DNA of 64,000 bases from Oligoflexia bacterium (lineage in GTDB: Bacteria > Bdellovibrionota > Bdellovibrionia > JABDDW01). The notes below the pieces were generated by a model that did not search any database, was not told the origin of the DNA, and saw only the letters and a program-made list of their open reading frames with translations. The position numbers and the translations under genes are program-made. Shown here piece by piece: positions 35,936 through 46,049 of this stretch (positions within the stretch are counted from its first letter, which is position 1; every line of letters starts with the position of its first letter). The stretch covers positions 38,339-102,338 of the forward strand of contig JAYTHU010000231.1 of NCBI GenBank assembly GCA_043732305.1, in the 5' to 3' direction.

Positions 35936-37070
35936 TTTTTTTCTTTAACAGTTTGGAGATAATCAGAGTTGAATGAGCTGGCAATCCTAACTGTTTTAAA
36001 ACTTCCGAATAATCCAAATTTGAATCGCCAGAAAAACTTTGAGCTAAAGAGCTTTTAAAATCTTGTTCGCTGGAGACTCGCTCCGCCAAACCGCTATCGA
36101 TCACAAACGCAGAATATTTTGATCCAGGAACATCAAAAAAGATAGAGCGCTTTTTCATGAAAACAGCTTGCGTTCCAACGGTGGAGCTTTGGCTTACAAT
36201 CACGTCCGCAAGCATGGCGACTTCTCTCGTTTTTAAAGACTTGGAGAGAATTAAAATCGGATTACTTTTGTACTTTGCCAAAATCCTGCGCTCGATAGAT
36301 CCATCTCCTTTTGGATGAAGCGATACAAAAATATTATAATTTTTCTGGTCTAACGTTGCTTTTACAAAGAGTTCAAAAGCCTTGTAATAATCATCTCCGT
36401 ATCCACCAGCGTAGAGAATAGTTTTTAAATTTTTATTATACTTCGGCAGCTCTTTGATGATTGCGGCTTTATCAATTTTCTCGAAACCCCACACTTCCGT
36501 TGTGGGTTGCCCAACGGCTATAACAGGAATTTGAGGATATAATTTTCGAAATTGCGTCACTTGCAAACTTGAAGGCATCCAGATTTCAGAAAAGCTACTG
36601 AGATATTTCGAAGTGAAAGTTTCGGGCTCGATATAAGAAAGACTATCAGAGTACCCAATCGTTTTTGACGAATTTTTAAATGTGAGAGCAATCTGTCTTT
36701 GTGCCTCGGAAATCATTCCTGAAACCAAAATTTTAGGGGAAACACAATTCTTAACTTTTGATAAATCTTCTAAACCTAAAGATCGCTCCTGTGTCCATTG
36801 CCCATCATTAATTTCTTTGGAAACACCGCAGTCTTTGACAAGATCAATAACTTCCTTTGAACTCGGAAACAGGTTTCGGGAAGTGGCCATCACCAATGCG
36901 CGATATTCCACATGATCATGATCGAGTTGTTTTAGAACTGGCTGAAAAGCGAGAGTTTCTCCGGCATCATAAAAAACAAACAGCAATGGAATTTTACGAG
37001 CTGATAGAGCAAAAGAAGGGAAAAGCAAAATTAAGAAAAGCAGGTTCCGAAAGTGAGTAATGCTTTTCAT
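35922..37070 (-). CDS. Signal-peptide-bearing GT-B-fold-like protein
   Basis: YDAGET, VIAVGQP, ILYAGG, SLHPK, ADVIVSQSSTVGTQAVF.K pattern typical of GT-B / UDP-GlcNAc 2-epimerase-like folds. Confidence 0.55.
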   Translation of the reverse strand: MKSITHFRNLLFLILLFPSFALSARKIPLLFVFYDAGETLAFQPVLKQLDHDHVEYRALVMATSRNLFPSSKEVIDLVKDCGVSKEINDGQWTQERSLGLEDLSKVKNCVSPKILVSGMISEAQRQIALTFKNSSKTIGYSDSLSYIEPETFTSKYLSSFSEIWMPSSLQVTQFRKLYPQIPVIAVGQPTTEVWGFEKIDKAAIIKELPKYNKNLKTILYAGGYGDDYYKAFELFVKATLDQKNYNIFVSLHPKGDGSIERRILAKYKSNPILILSKSLKTREVAMLADVIVSQSSTVGTQAVFMKKRSIFFDVPGSKYSAFVIDSGLAERVSSEQDFKSSLAQSFSGDSNLDYSEVLKQLGLPAHSTLIISKLLKKKINSL

Positions 37071-37076
37071 AACGAG

Positions 37077-38357
37077 CTACTCATGAACTCTAGAAATTTT
37101 CGCACCGAGTGATTTTAATTTTTCTTCTAATTTCTCGTAGCCACGATCCAAATGATAAATACGATTCACTTTAGTTTTTCCTGTAGCCACTAGTCCGGCG
37201 AGAACTAGGCAAGCACTTGCTCTCAAGTCCGTCGCCATAACGGGCGCTCCCTTGAGACCACCGGGTTTCCCTTTCACCACGGCTACTCGAGCCTTAGAAA
37301 CAATATCTGCACCTAAACGCAAAAGTTCAGTCACGTGCATAAATCGATTTTCAAAAATTGTTTCAGAAATAGTACTCGTCCCATTGGCTACAGCCATCAA
37401 CACCATGAATTGAGCCTGAAGATCAGTCGCAAAACCTGGATAGGGATCTGTGGTCACATCCACGGCTTTCCATCCTGAAGAGGCATGGACCTTCACGCTA
37501 TTTTCAGTCGTGGTGATTTTAAATCCTGCTTCAATCATTTTATCAATAAGTGCTTGAATCAAAACTGGTTGGACAGATTCGACTTCAACTTCTCCGCCAG
37601 TGATTGCACCCGCAATCAATAGTGTTCCGGCCTCGATGCGATCGGGCATAACCTGATGAGAAGAGGCTTTGAGTGAATGAACACCGACAATCTTAATTGT
37701 GTTTGTTCCTTCACCGGAAATATTTGCTCCCATTTTTTTCAAATAAACGGCAAGGTCTACAACCTCTGGCTCCCTTGCCGCATTCTCTAGAATAGTTTCA
37801 CCTTCAGCCAATACCGCCGCCATCATGACGTTTTCTGTACCCGTCACTGTCACGCCATCGAACTTAATTTTTACACCTTGGAGTTTACCTTGAGGATTTT
37901 CTACACTTTTACGAACTGTTGCTTCGACATAACCTTCGTCAATTTTAATTGTTGCGCCCATTCGCTCCATAGCATCGATATGCAAATTTATTGGTCTTGC
38001 ACCAATGGCACAACCACCAGGCAAACTCACGCGTGCATATCCGTAACGGGAAAGCAGGGGCCCTAAGCAGAGAACACTAGCGCGCATTTTCCGAACCAAA
38101 TCATAATGAGCTTCTTGTTTCTGCGATGGCTTCACTTCTATGGTTAGCTCATTGCCAGTAAAATTTGCCTCGCACTGTAAGCTCTTAAGAAGTTCAATTG
38201 TGGATTCAATATCTTTTAGCTTAGGTACGTTGCTAAATTTGTGTGTTCCAGAAGTTAACAATGTAGAAAATAAAAGTGGCAGCGCCGAATTTTTTGCGCC
38301 ACTCACTTTGACTTTTCCCTTAAGTTTGATTCCGCCTTCGACAAGTATACTATCCAT
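37077..38357 (-). CDS. murA: UDP-N-acetylglucosamine 1-carboxyvinyltransferase
   Basis: SGAKNSALP, LPGGCAIGARP, ATDLRASA, HLDRGYE. Confidence 0.97.
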   Translation of the reverse strand: MDSILVEGGIKLKGKVKVSGAKNSALPLLFSTLLTSGTHKFSNVPKLKDIESTIELLKSLQCEANFTGNELTIEVKPSQKQEAHYDLVRKMRASVLCLGPLLSRYGYARVSLPGGCAIGARPINLHIDAMERMGATIKIDEGYVEATVRKSVENPQGKLQGVKIKFDGVTVTGTENVMMAAVLAEGETILENAAREPEVVDLAVYLKKMGANISGEGTNTIKIVGVHSLKASSHQVMPDRIEAGTLLIAGAITGGEVEVESVQPVLIQALIDKMIEAGFKITTTENSVKVHASSGWKAVDVTTDPYPGFATDLQAQFMVLMAVANGTSTISETIFENRFMHVTELLRLGADIVSKARVAVVKGKPGGLKGAPVMATDLRASACLVLAGLVATGKTKVNRIYHLDRGYEKLEEKLKSLGAKISRVHE

Positions 38358-38368
38358 AGAAAAGTCCT

Positions 38369-39337
38369 TTAACTGTTTAAGCTCGATTTCGATATTTTAA
38401 CAATTCGATCTCTGCTGGAATAATCTTTGATGAAACTGAAGTTAATTTTCTCTTGTAGGTTTGTGGAAATCCAATGATTAAGAATTTCTGAAACTTTTTC
38501 CTTCTGATCAAAACCAATTTCAGAAAGAATGATCCCGTTGTCTTTCAGTAAGCCAATCATTTGCGGCAGCCATTTTTGAACTATCTCAATCCCATCATCC
38601 CCACCAAAAAGCGCGAGTGCAGGCTCAAAATTTCCGACATCTGGCATGAGCTGTGCATTTTTTGAAATGTAAGGGGGGTTTGAAACAATAAGATCAAATT
38701 TGTCTTCAAGCTTGTGGTCATGCTTTTGGGCCCATACTGCAAAGTCCGCACACACAGTTGAAATTTTTGAAGCTTCGCTAGCGAGCGTTGCGAAATTTGC
38801 TCGGGCATACTTTAATGCTTCTTCCGAAATATCCAGTGCAGTCAACTCACAATCGGGAATTTCCAATGCCAGCGTGGCAGCAATACATCCCGATCCCGTT
38901 GCCACATCTAGTATTTTAAAACCTTTTGGAATGTCTGTACTTTGTGGATCGCCATCTTCGGTGAAAGTTCTATTTTCGGCAATCGCAATGGCTTCATCAA
39001 TCAAATGCTCAGTTTCCGGTCTGGGGATCAAACAACCAGAACCAACGACAAAAGGTCTGCCGTAAAATTCCTGCGTGCCTAAAATATAAGCGATGGGTTC
39101 AAAACTTGCGCGACGTTTTATAAATTCTCGAAGTTGCGTGAGTTCCTCGGGTTTCAAAGGCTGATCAAATCTGAGGTAAATATCAATGCGTTTACATTTA
39201 AGGGCGAAACTGATTAAAAGTTCGGCATCTAACCGAGCTGAAGAAATTTTCTTCGCGGTAAAATGTTCTGTGGTCCAAAGGAGAATTTCTTTTACCGACC
39301 AAATTTTTACAAGCGCTGTCAGGGGTTTATTTATCAT
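38369..39337 (-). CDS. prmC: Release factor glutamine methyltransferase
   Basis: EPIAYILG, LIPRPETE, LDVATGSG, SNPPYI; coupled to prfA. Confidence 0.95.
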   Translation of the reverse strand: MINKPLTALVKIWSVKEILLWTTEHFTAKKISSARLDAELLISFALKCKRIDIYLRFDQPLKPEELTQLREFIKRRASFEPIAYILGTQEFYGRPFVVGSGCLIPRPETEHLIDEAIAIAENRTFTEDGDPQSTDIPKGFKILDVATGSGCIAATLALEIPDCELTALDISEEALKYARANFATLASEASKISTVCADFAVWAQKHDHKLEDKFDLIVSNPPYISKNAQLMPDVGNFEPALALFGGDDGIEIVQKWLPQMIGLLKDNGIILSEIGFDQKEKVSEILNHWISTNLQEKINFSFIKDYSSRDRIVKISKSSLNS

Positions 39338-40398
39338 TGGCTTTTCAGGGCCTCCGTTTGATAGTGCATGATTAAAGGCTGAATGACTTCGTCTAGGTTT
39401 CCGGCAACAATTTTGTCAATTTGATACAGTGTCAGCCCGATGCGATGATCCGTCACGCGACCTTGTGGAAAATTAAAGGTTCTGATTCGCTCACTACGAT
39501 CGCCCGTTCCAATTTGCCCTTTACGTTGAGCACTCAAAGCATTTTGTTGGCGTAGCATTTCAGCCTCGTACAGCCTGGCGTACAAAACTTTAAGGGCCTT
39601 AGCTTTGTTTTTTATTTGAGATTTTTCATCTTGGCAGACAACCACCAAGCCGCTTGGGATATGAGTGATTCGCACTGCGGAATCTGTTGTGTTAACGCTT
39701 TGTCCGCCCGGCCCACCACTTCTGAAAACGTCAATTTTTAAATCTATTGCATTCACTTTCACATCGACTTCATCTGCCTCAGGCAACACCGCAACCGTCA
39801 CCGTGGAAGTATGAATGCGTCCTTGCGTTTCTGTTTTAGGGACACGTTGGACACGGTGAACACCGCTCTCATATTTTAATTTACTGAAAACTTTTTGCCC
39901 CTGAATCTCGGCGATAACTTCTTTAAATCCACCCATGTTACCGGGAGACAGAGTAATCATCTCCACTCGCCAACCATTTTGTGCGGCATATTTTGAATAC
40001 ATCATGAAAAGCTGTTCCACAAAAAGTGCAGCTTCGTCTCCGCCGGCACCGGCTCTGATTTCAATAAATATATTTTTGTCGTCATTTGGATCTTTAGGCA
40101 GTAGCAAAATTTTAAGGCGAGCTTCTACGGCTTGCGTGTCTTTTTCTAAACCTGGCAGTTCAGCTTTAGCCATTTCGGAGAGTTCAGGATCTTTTTCAGT
40201 ATCTAAAATGTGCTTTGTTGAATCGAACTCGGACTTAACTTTCTTATACTCGCGATAAGTTCCAACCAACTCCTGAAGCGATGAATATTCTTTCATCAAA
40301 GACATATAGCGTTTGTTATCGGACAAAGTTTTCTCATCAGTGAGGAGATTTCCCAACTCAACAAACTTAGCTTCAACTTCATCCAGTTTTTTAAACAA
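39334..40398 (-). CDS. prfA: Peptide chain release factor 1
   Basis: EIRAGAGGDEA, ESGVHRVQRVPKTE (PxT), GGQ. TTG start at 40398 after AAGGA. Confidence 0.97.
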   Translation of the reverse strand: MFKKLDEVEAKFVELGNLLTDEKTLSDNKRYMSLMKEYSSLQELVGTYREYKKVKSEFDSTKHILDTEKDPELSEMAKAELPGLEKDTQAVEARLKILLLPKDPNDDKNIFIEIRAGAGGDEAALFVEQLFMMYSKYAAQNGWRVEMITLSPGNMGGFKEVIAEIQGQKVFSKLKYESGVHRVQRVPKTETQGRIHTSTVTVAVLPEADEVDVKVNAIDLKIDVFRSGGPGGQSVNTTDSAVRITHIPSGLVVVCQDEKSQIKNKAKALKVLYARLYEAEMLRQQNALSAQRKGQIGTGDRSERIRTFNFPQGRVTDHRIGLTLYQIDKIVAGNLDEVIQPLIMHYQTEALKSQ

Positions 40399-40414
40399 TG
40401 GTGTCCTTAAAAAT

Positions 40415-40449
40415 AAAAAAGCCTTTGCACTCAATTATAGGCAAAGGCT
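40415..40449 (-). terminator. Intrinsic terminator after rpmE
   Basis: AGCCTTTGC / GCAAAGGCT stem with a minus-strand U-tract. Confidence 0.7.
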
Positions 40450-40475
40450 CTCTTAATTTGTTAAAAATCGAAAAA

Positions 40476-40688
40476 CTACTTCGTGATAGCGGCAGCAGCG
40501 TATTTCTTACGGAAACGCTCAATGCGTCCCTCTGTATCGATTAATTTGTGTTTACCGGTGAAGAAAGGATGGCAGTTAGAACAGATATCCAGCTGCATTT
40601 CTTTCTTGGTAGAACCAATTTCAAAGACGTTACCGCAAACGCAGGTAGCTTTTCCTTTAAAATATTCGGGGTGAATTCCAGCTTTCAT
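40476..40688 (-). CDS. rpmE: 50S ribosomal protein L31 (Zn-binding C+ type)
   Basis: [23 protein letters not shown]. Confidence 0.97.
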   Translation of the reverse strand: MKAGIHPEYFKGKATCVCGNVFEIGSTKKEMQLDICSNCHPFFTGKHKLIDTEGRIERFRKKYAAAAITK

Positions 40689-40769
40689 AACAATCCTCCA
40701 AAAACTTTCTTCTATGTATGTTTTGAACCTTGTCTATATATGGGAACTATATGCCCTTTGGCAAGACTT

Positions 40770-42014
40770 TTATGTGTTCATGCTCCCCATGAATTCCATA
40801 TTCGTCTTTGTTTTCCCAACTTTATCTAATAAAAATTCCATGCTATCCACTGGATTCATGGGCTGGAGAACCTTGCGGAGAATCCAGACCTTGCTGACCA
40901 GTTCTTTTCCAAGAAGCAGATCTTCTTTTCGTGTGCCGGATTTGTTGATATCCATGCAGGGGAAAATTCGTTTTTCCATGAGCTTACGATCCAAGTGAAC
41001 TTCAGAGTTACCTGTTCCTTTAAACTCTTCAAAAATGACTTCGTCCATTCGGGATCCAGTGTCGATTAAAGCCGTAGCAATGATCGTCAGGCTGCCGCCT
41101 TCTTCAATATTCCGAGCTGCTCCGAAGAAGCGCTTGGGTTTATGAAGAGCGTTTGAATCCACACCGCCGGAAAGAATCTTTCCAGAGGGAGGAACAACGG
41201 TATTGTAAGCTCTTGCCAAACGGGTAATAGAGTCTAGCAAAATAACGACGTCTTTTTTATGTTCGACAAGTCGCTTGGCCTTTTCAATGACCATCTCTGC
41301 CACTTGCACGTGACGCGTGGCTGGTTCATCAAAGGTAGAGCTAATGACTTCGCCCTTGACGCTTCGCTGCATGTCCGTGACTTCCTCAGGGCGCTCGTCG
41401 ATCAAAAGAACAATCAAAACAATGTCTGGGTGATTGGCGGAAATCGCATTGGCAATGTCCTGAAGCAACATTGTTTTACCAGTTCTTGGGGGAGCAACAA
41501 TAAGCGCTCGCTGACCAAGTCCCATTGGAACAAAGAGATCCAAGATACGAGTAGAATAATTGTTTGGTTTGAATTCGAGATTGATTCGCTCTTGAGGATA
41601 AAGCGGGGTCAAGTTATCAAAAAGAATCTTATCGCGAGCTTTCTCTGGCTCCTCATGATTGAGAATGTCGACTTTAAGAAGAGCAAAGTAACGTTCGCCC
41701 TCTTTAGGAGGTCTGATTGCACCAGAGACGGTATCTCCAGTTCTTAGATTGAAACGTCTGATTTGCGAGGGGGAAACGTAAATATCATCAGGACCTGGAA
41801 GATAATTATAATCGGGAGCTCTTAAGAAACCGAAACCGTCAGGCAGAATTTCCAGAACACCTTCGCCAAAGATCTCGCCTTTTTCAGATTGTTTTTTAAG
41901 GATTTCGAAAATTAGATCTTGGCGTCTTAGCCCTGCTCCATTTTCAATGCCCATTTGTTTTGCGAGTTCGTTGAGTTCGCCAATCTTCTTGTCTTTGAGT
42001 TCTCTCAGATTCAT
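40770..42014 (-). CDS. rho: Transcription termination factor Rho
   Basis: [40 protein letters not shown]. Confidence 0.98.
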   Translation of the reverse strand: MNLRELKDKKIGELNELAKQMGIENGAGLRRQDLIFEILKKQSEKGEIFGEGVLEILPDGFGFLRAPDYNYLPGPDDIYVSPSQIRRFNLRTGDTVSGAIRPPKEGERYFALLKVDILNHEEPEKARDKILFDNLTPLYPQERINLEFKPNNYSTRILDLFVPMGLGQRALIVAPPRTGKTMLLQDIANAISANHPDIVLIVLLIDERPEEVTDMQRSVKGEVISSTFDEPATRHVQVAEMVIEKAKRLVEHKKDVVILLDSITRLARAYNTVVPPSGKILSGGVDSNALHKPKRFFGAARNIEEGGSLTIIATALIDTGSRMDEVIFEEFKGTGNSEVHLDRKLMEKRIFPCMDINKSGTRKEDLLLGKELVSKVWILRKVLQPMNPVDSMEFLLDKVGKTKTNMEFMGSMNT

Positions 42015-42350
42015 GAGTGAATTTGCTCCTTAGTGGAAATCATTTGGTTTTCTTGGGGTGGGGTTTCTTTAAGTCAATTACCTTAAGAGGGGTTTAAATC
42101 GTTTTTGAGCCAAAAGCTTTGCTAACGGCGGTTGATATGAGCCTAGATTACGTCGTTTCTGCACAAAGTCAATGACAAATCTCGGGTGACGTTTCTCGGT
42201 ACATTTCAAAGCTAAGGCGCAAAACTGGCGCTGGTCAAGCGATTCCGGTAGTCCAGATCTAATTGAAAGCTCTCAAACTAGGCGCGTTTATTGAATTGAT
42301 AGAGTTCGAAAACCCATGTTTTAGAAACTTGTACTCGGAGGAGTGGCCCC

Positions 42351-43385
42351 ATGAAGGTCTTAAAAAACAAATCAACATTAGCTGCACTTGCCACATTATC
42401 TTTGTCCCTCGCGGGCTGCGGAAGTGGAAGCGGAAGCGGCGGCGGAAATACTCCGAACACAAATCTGAATGCTCAGCAGTTAGCAGCTCAGCAGCTCGCC
42501 AGGAACAATCAAAACAATCCTTTGTCTTTCGACATAGTTCAAGGTCGAATTATCAACCGAGAGCTTCGCTTGATTGATGGAAGAGTCTCTTCTGAAGTTT
42601 TGAAAATGTCATGTATGAAAGATTTCGCTAAAAAATCTATTCCTACAATGGGAATGAAACAAAACATGGATATGAAACTGACCTTTGATGCCAACGGGAT
42701 TCTCGTTGTCAGTATCAAAGACTTTGGAGGCATCAAGAGATCCGGCGCCATCACACCTGCCGCAGGCGTTGCATCCCCTACAGGAACGGTTAATTCTAAC
42801 ACTGGATTGCAAGGAACACCTGTTCCCCTGAATAATTCTGCTGCACAAAATGGTCAATCAATGGCTACGCAGAATTTTGCAAAGATGACTCCCAGCGGAG
42901 CAACCTACACTTTGGCCGATGGACAAAATATTAAAATTGGCGGATTCGATGCTTTTGGAACTCTCTCTGCCGAATATATCAACGCCGTTCTAAGTGCCGG
43001 CGGCGTGTATGATCATGATGCCAAAGAAGCTCGTCGAGAATCTGTTTCCGCAAACGAAGTTTCTAGCCAATCTACGGCTCGTTCAAGTTCCGGATTTGAT
43101 CCAAACTATCAATTAGGTCAGTCTTTATTTCCTGTAACTGCACCTGTAAATTATGTTTTGAATCAAACCCAATCTGTGACAATGGATGGTAGCTACGCGA
43201 AGGCACACTTTGATGGTTTTGAAGCGGCAGTCCTAGTGACCGAGCAAATCAATCGCCAGCACGTCAGCCGAATTGACGCTCATGGGGTTTACGAGAAACT
43301 AGAAGCATTTACCAAAGATCCTAACTCATCTATTAATTGCGTGAACGAGTATGAAAACCACATCGAAGCGATGTATTTCCAGTAA
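42351..43385 (+). CDS. Hypothetical lipoprotein
   Basis: GGAGGAG RBS; lipobox LAGC followed by a Gly/Ser linker; possible sigma-54-like AGGCGC-N5-TTGAA at 42280-42295. Confidence 0.75.
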   Translation: MKVLKNKSTLAALATLSLSLAGCGSGSGSGGGNTPNTNLNAQQLAAQQLARNNQNNPLSFDIVQGRIINRELRLIDGRVSSEVLKMSCMKDFAKKSIPTMGMKQNMDMKLTFDANGILVVSIKDFGGIKRSGAITPAAGVASPTGTVNSNTGLQGTPVPLNNSAAQNGQSMATQNFAKMTPSGATYTLADGQNIKIGGFDAFGTLSAEYINAVLSAGGVYDHDAKEARRESVSANEVSSQSTARSSSGFDPNYQLGQSLFPVTAPVNYVLNQTQSVTMDGSYAKAHFDGFEAAVLVTEQINRQHVSRIDAHGVYEKLEAFTKDPNSSINCVNEYENHIEAMYFQ

Positions 43386-43509
43386 GCTGTAACAGCCACA
43401 TTTGACTTAAAATACTCGACGTTGGTTCTGAAGGTCAAAATATTGACGTTTCCCGTTAAGTCTTCTCCACCCCCATCCGAAAACTATAATGTAAAGAAAG
43501 GGATGGGTA

Positions 43510-43872
43510 ATGGAAACAGAAGAACAAAGAGCGCAGAGATTTAGTGTGGAAGTCGATCTTGATTTCAAGTGCAACTACGCGCGAGATTTCAACAAAGCTA
43601 CCATTAAGAATATTTCAACATCGGGTGCAATGATCAGAACTGACATTCCGCTCAAACTCTCAGAAAAAATCAACGTGTTTTTCAAAGTAAGCGGCCGAGA
43701 GCGAAAAGTTGCCGCCCAGGTTGTTTGGATTGGCGACCGCGGAATTGGCGTGAAGTTTAATCACTTCAACAACCGCGATTTGCAAATCGTAGATGATCTT
43801 ATTTATTTCGCCACGGAAAAAAATTCTTCTACCAAGGATTTGCTCGAAAATATTTTGAGTAAAGTCGCCTGA
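43510..43872 (+). CDS. PilZ-domain protein (c-di-GMP receptor)
   Basis: QRAQRF (RxxxR) and NISTSGA (N/DxSxxG), plus VVW and GIGVKF. Confidence 0.88.
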   Translation: METEEQRAQRFSVEVDLDFKCNYARDFNKATIKNISTSGAMIRTDIPLKLSEKINVFFKVSGRERKVAAQVVWIGDRGIGVKFNHFNNRDLQIVDDLIYFATEKNSSTKDLLENILSKVA

Positions 43873-43895
43873 TCTAAAATTTTAAATTCAGCTAA

Positions 43896-43932
43896 TAAAA
43901 AACCCCTGGATCTCTCCGGGGGTTTTTATTTT
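43896..43932. terminator. Bidirectional intrinsic terminator between convergent genes
   Basis: AAAAACCCCTGGA-TCTC-TCCGGGGGTTTTT. Confidence 0.85.
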
Positions 43933-43981
43933 AATTCATATCTATTAAAAATGGTGGTCCTTTGGACGAACTAGCCACTCT

Positions 43982-45331
43982 TTAGACTTGGGTGATTCCT
44001 TGGTTTCGTTTAGCGCTTCTTCTACGAATCGCGACGAGAGTTCCGCCGCCGATCAAAAGAATCCCTGCGGCCACTGCGTACATGATGGTGTCTTTATCCA
44101 CTGCTTCAGCTGGCATTGCCTTTTTCTTCATTGCTGAAGGAGGGGGTGGAAACGCGGGAGCATTCAAATCAGGTGGCGGTGGCGGAGGATTCATGCCGTT
44201 GTTCATGGTGCCGGCTCCAGGCATTCCATTGTTTGGTGAAGGAGGCATTTGATTTTGTGCCATGTTAGGAACAGGAGGTGGAGTCATTGGCGCAGTGTTC
44301 GCTGCTGCTGGCGCAGGCTCAGGAATTGCGGGAGGCGCTCCATTGTCAGCCACTTGCGTGCCGGCATCTTTTTTAGCGTAAGCCACAATATTTACTGAAG
44401 CAGGCCAGTACTGTAAATCAGTGCCAGCAGGAAGTTCAGTGGTTGAACTTAAGTTTTTGTTGATCGCGTAAATTTCTTTAAATGAACCTTCAGAACCGTA
44501 CCACTCCATTGCCAAAGATTTCAAAGTGTCGCCGTCTTTGGAAGTGTAGGTTGTAGCGGGGAGTCCTTGATCTTCATACACCGTCATCATTTTTTCAGCA
44601 TCATCTGCACGATTAGGAGAGTTGAAATAAACCTTGTCACCAGCATTCAGATTTGCCTTGAGTGCGGGATTAGCTTTTTTCATTTGTTTGACTTTGTTTT
44701 CGCCAAAAAGTTTGTCGCTGACCGAATCAATCGTATCGCCTTCTCGAGCTAAATAAACTGTGTTAAGTAGTTGTCCGCCTTTTTTGAAAGGTTTGGATTT
44801 GATATGCGCGAGCATTGCCTTTTTCGGCTTCTCATCTGCTGGAGGAGCAGAGTTAGTAGCGGAATCTGCTGTCGTTGCAGCAGCTCCACCAAAGAGATCA
44901 TTGCTTGCTGTTTCAGGAGCAGGCGATGCAGCAGCATCAGGTGCAGGGCTTGCTTGTGCGGTAGCATCTGCAGGAGGAGTTGTTACTGCAGCGTTTGGAT
45001 CTGCAGGAGGGGCGTTCGGATCAGCCGGTGGATTATTATCTGGAGTTGCTACAGCCACATTAGGATCAATTGCACTTGGATCTGCGGCCATCGAATCTGC
45101 GGGAGGAGTAGTTCCGTCGACTGCCGCTTGATCAGTCGCTGCGGCACCATCTGCCGGCGGAGTGTCTGAAGCGATTGCGTCGGGGTTAGCGGCAGCATCC
45201 GTGGAATCTGAAGTGGCTTCCGCTACATCTGAAGATGCGGCATCACCATCTTTATCACCGGAGCTACAAGAAACTGTTGTTGCAACAATTGCTGCAAGGA
45301 AAAGACTCAATAATGAAATTTTTCTGTTCAT
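43982..45331 (-). CDS. LysM-domain lipoprotein with Pro/Ala/Asp-rich linkers and a C-terminal TM anchor
   Basis: Lipobox TVSC; two LysM-like units (YLAREGDTIDSVS, YTSKDGDTLKSLA); C-terminal TM followed by RRR. Confidence 0.8.
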   Translation of the reverse strand: MNRKISLLSLFLAAIVATTVSCSSGDKDGDAASSDVAEATSDSTDAAANPDAIASDTPPADGAAATDQAAVDGTTPPADSMAADPSAIDPNVAVATPDNNPPADPNAPPADPNAAVTTPPADATAQASPAPDAAASPAPETASNDLFGGAAATTADSATNSAPPADEKPKKAMLAHIKSKPFKKGGQLLNTVYLAREGDTIDSVSDKLFGENKVKQMKKANPALKANLNAGDKVYFNSPNRADDAEKMMTVYEDQGLPATTYTSKDGDTLKSLAMEWYGSEGSFKEIYAINKNLSSTTELPAGTDLQYWPASVNIVAYAKKDAGTQVADNGAPPAIPEPAPAAANTAPMTPPPVPNMAQNQMPPSPNNGMPGAGTMNNGMNPPPPPPDLNAPAFPPPPSAMKKKAMPAEAVDKDTIMYAVAAGILLIGGGTLVAIRRRSAKRNQGITQV

Positions 45332-45596
45332 GTCCCAATCCTTTGGCTCTGTTAATTAGTTAAGGCACTTCCTGGCCCTACAATTATTTAATCACATTCC
45401 TTTCTGCGGACGAAGAAGAATAAATTTCAATCCCCACGCGCTGCGTGTTAGGACGTGGTCCTGAAATTAAATTTTTCTGTGAAGTATTAAATGTTTAGTT
45501 AATAAAAACTATTTTTATTTTTATTTGTTTTTTGATATTGCTACGTGTGCACGAATCCTATTTGCATAGACATTAGACCAGAGAAATCATTGGATT

Positions 45597-46049
45597 TTAT
45601 TTCACCAAAGAAAATTTCTCTCCGAGATTAATTTTATTTTTTTCAAACCAGCCTTGCGGAACCTCTAGTGCGTACAAGGCGGGTTTGCCGCTCGAGTAAA
45701 TAGCTGGACTATTATCCATCGGACTTGCGGGCACCATGTTTCTTATTTTTATCAGTTTCTTGTTTGAATCAAAAAAACCTACGCTCAAGGGGATAAGAGT
45801 ATTCTTCATCCAAAAATTTAAAATTTCTTCACGCGAAAAAACAAAGAGCATTCCCTCTCCAGATTGTAGCTTTTCGCGGAACATGAGACCCACTTCTTGC
45901 TGCTCGGAAGTTTCGGCGAACTCAGCTTTGATTTTTAATCTACCTACGAGCACGTCACCTTTTTCAAATTTAACTTTGGCGGCTTGTTCTTTAGTTTGAA
46001 TTTGAGCGAAACAAATAAAAGGCAATAACAACAAATAAAAAAAATTCAT
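45597..46049 (-). CDS. DUF192-family protein
   Basis: GLMFR, GMLFVF, FWMKNTLIPLSVGF, YALEVPQG. Confidence 0.9.
   Translation of the reverse strand: MNFFYLLLLPFICFAQIQTKEQAAKVKFEKGDVLVGRLKIKAEFAETSEQQEVGLMFREKLQSGEGMLFVFSREEILNFWMKNTLIPLSVGFFDSNKKLIKIRNMVPASPMDNSPAIYSSGKPALYALEVPQGWFEKNKINLGEKFSLVK

Noticed and set aside
45430..45465. Two mini-hairpins (CACGC-GCT-GCGTG, AGGAC-GTG-GTCCT) upstream of the LysM gene
   Set aside because: The 5-bp stems are too short to distinguish from chance without covariation data.
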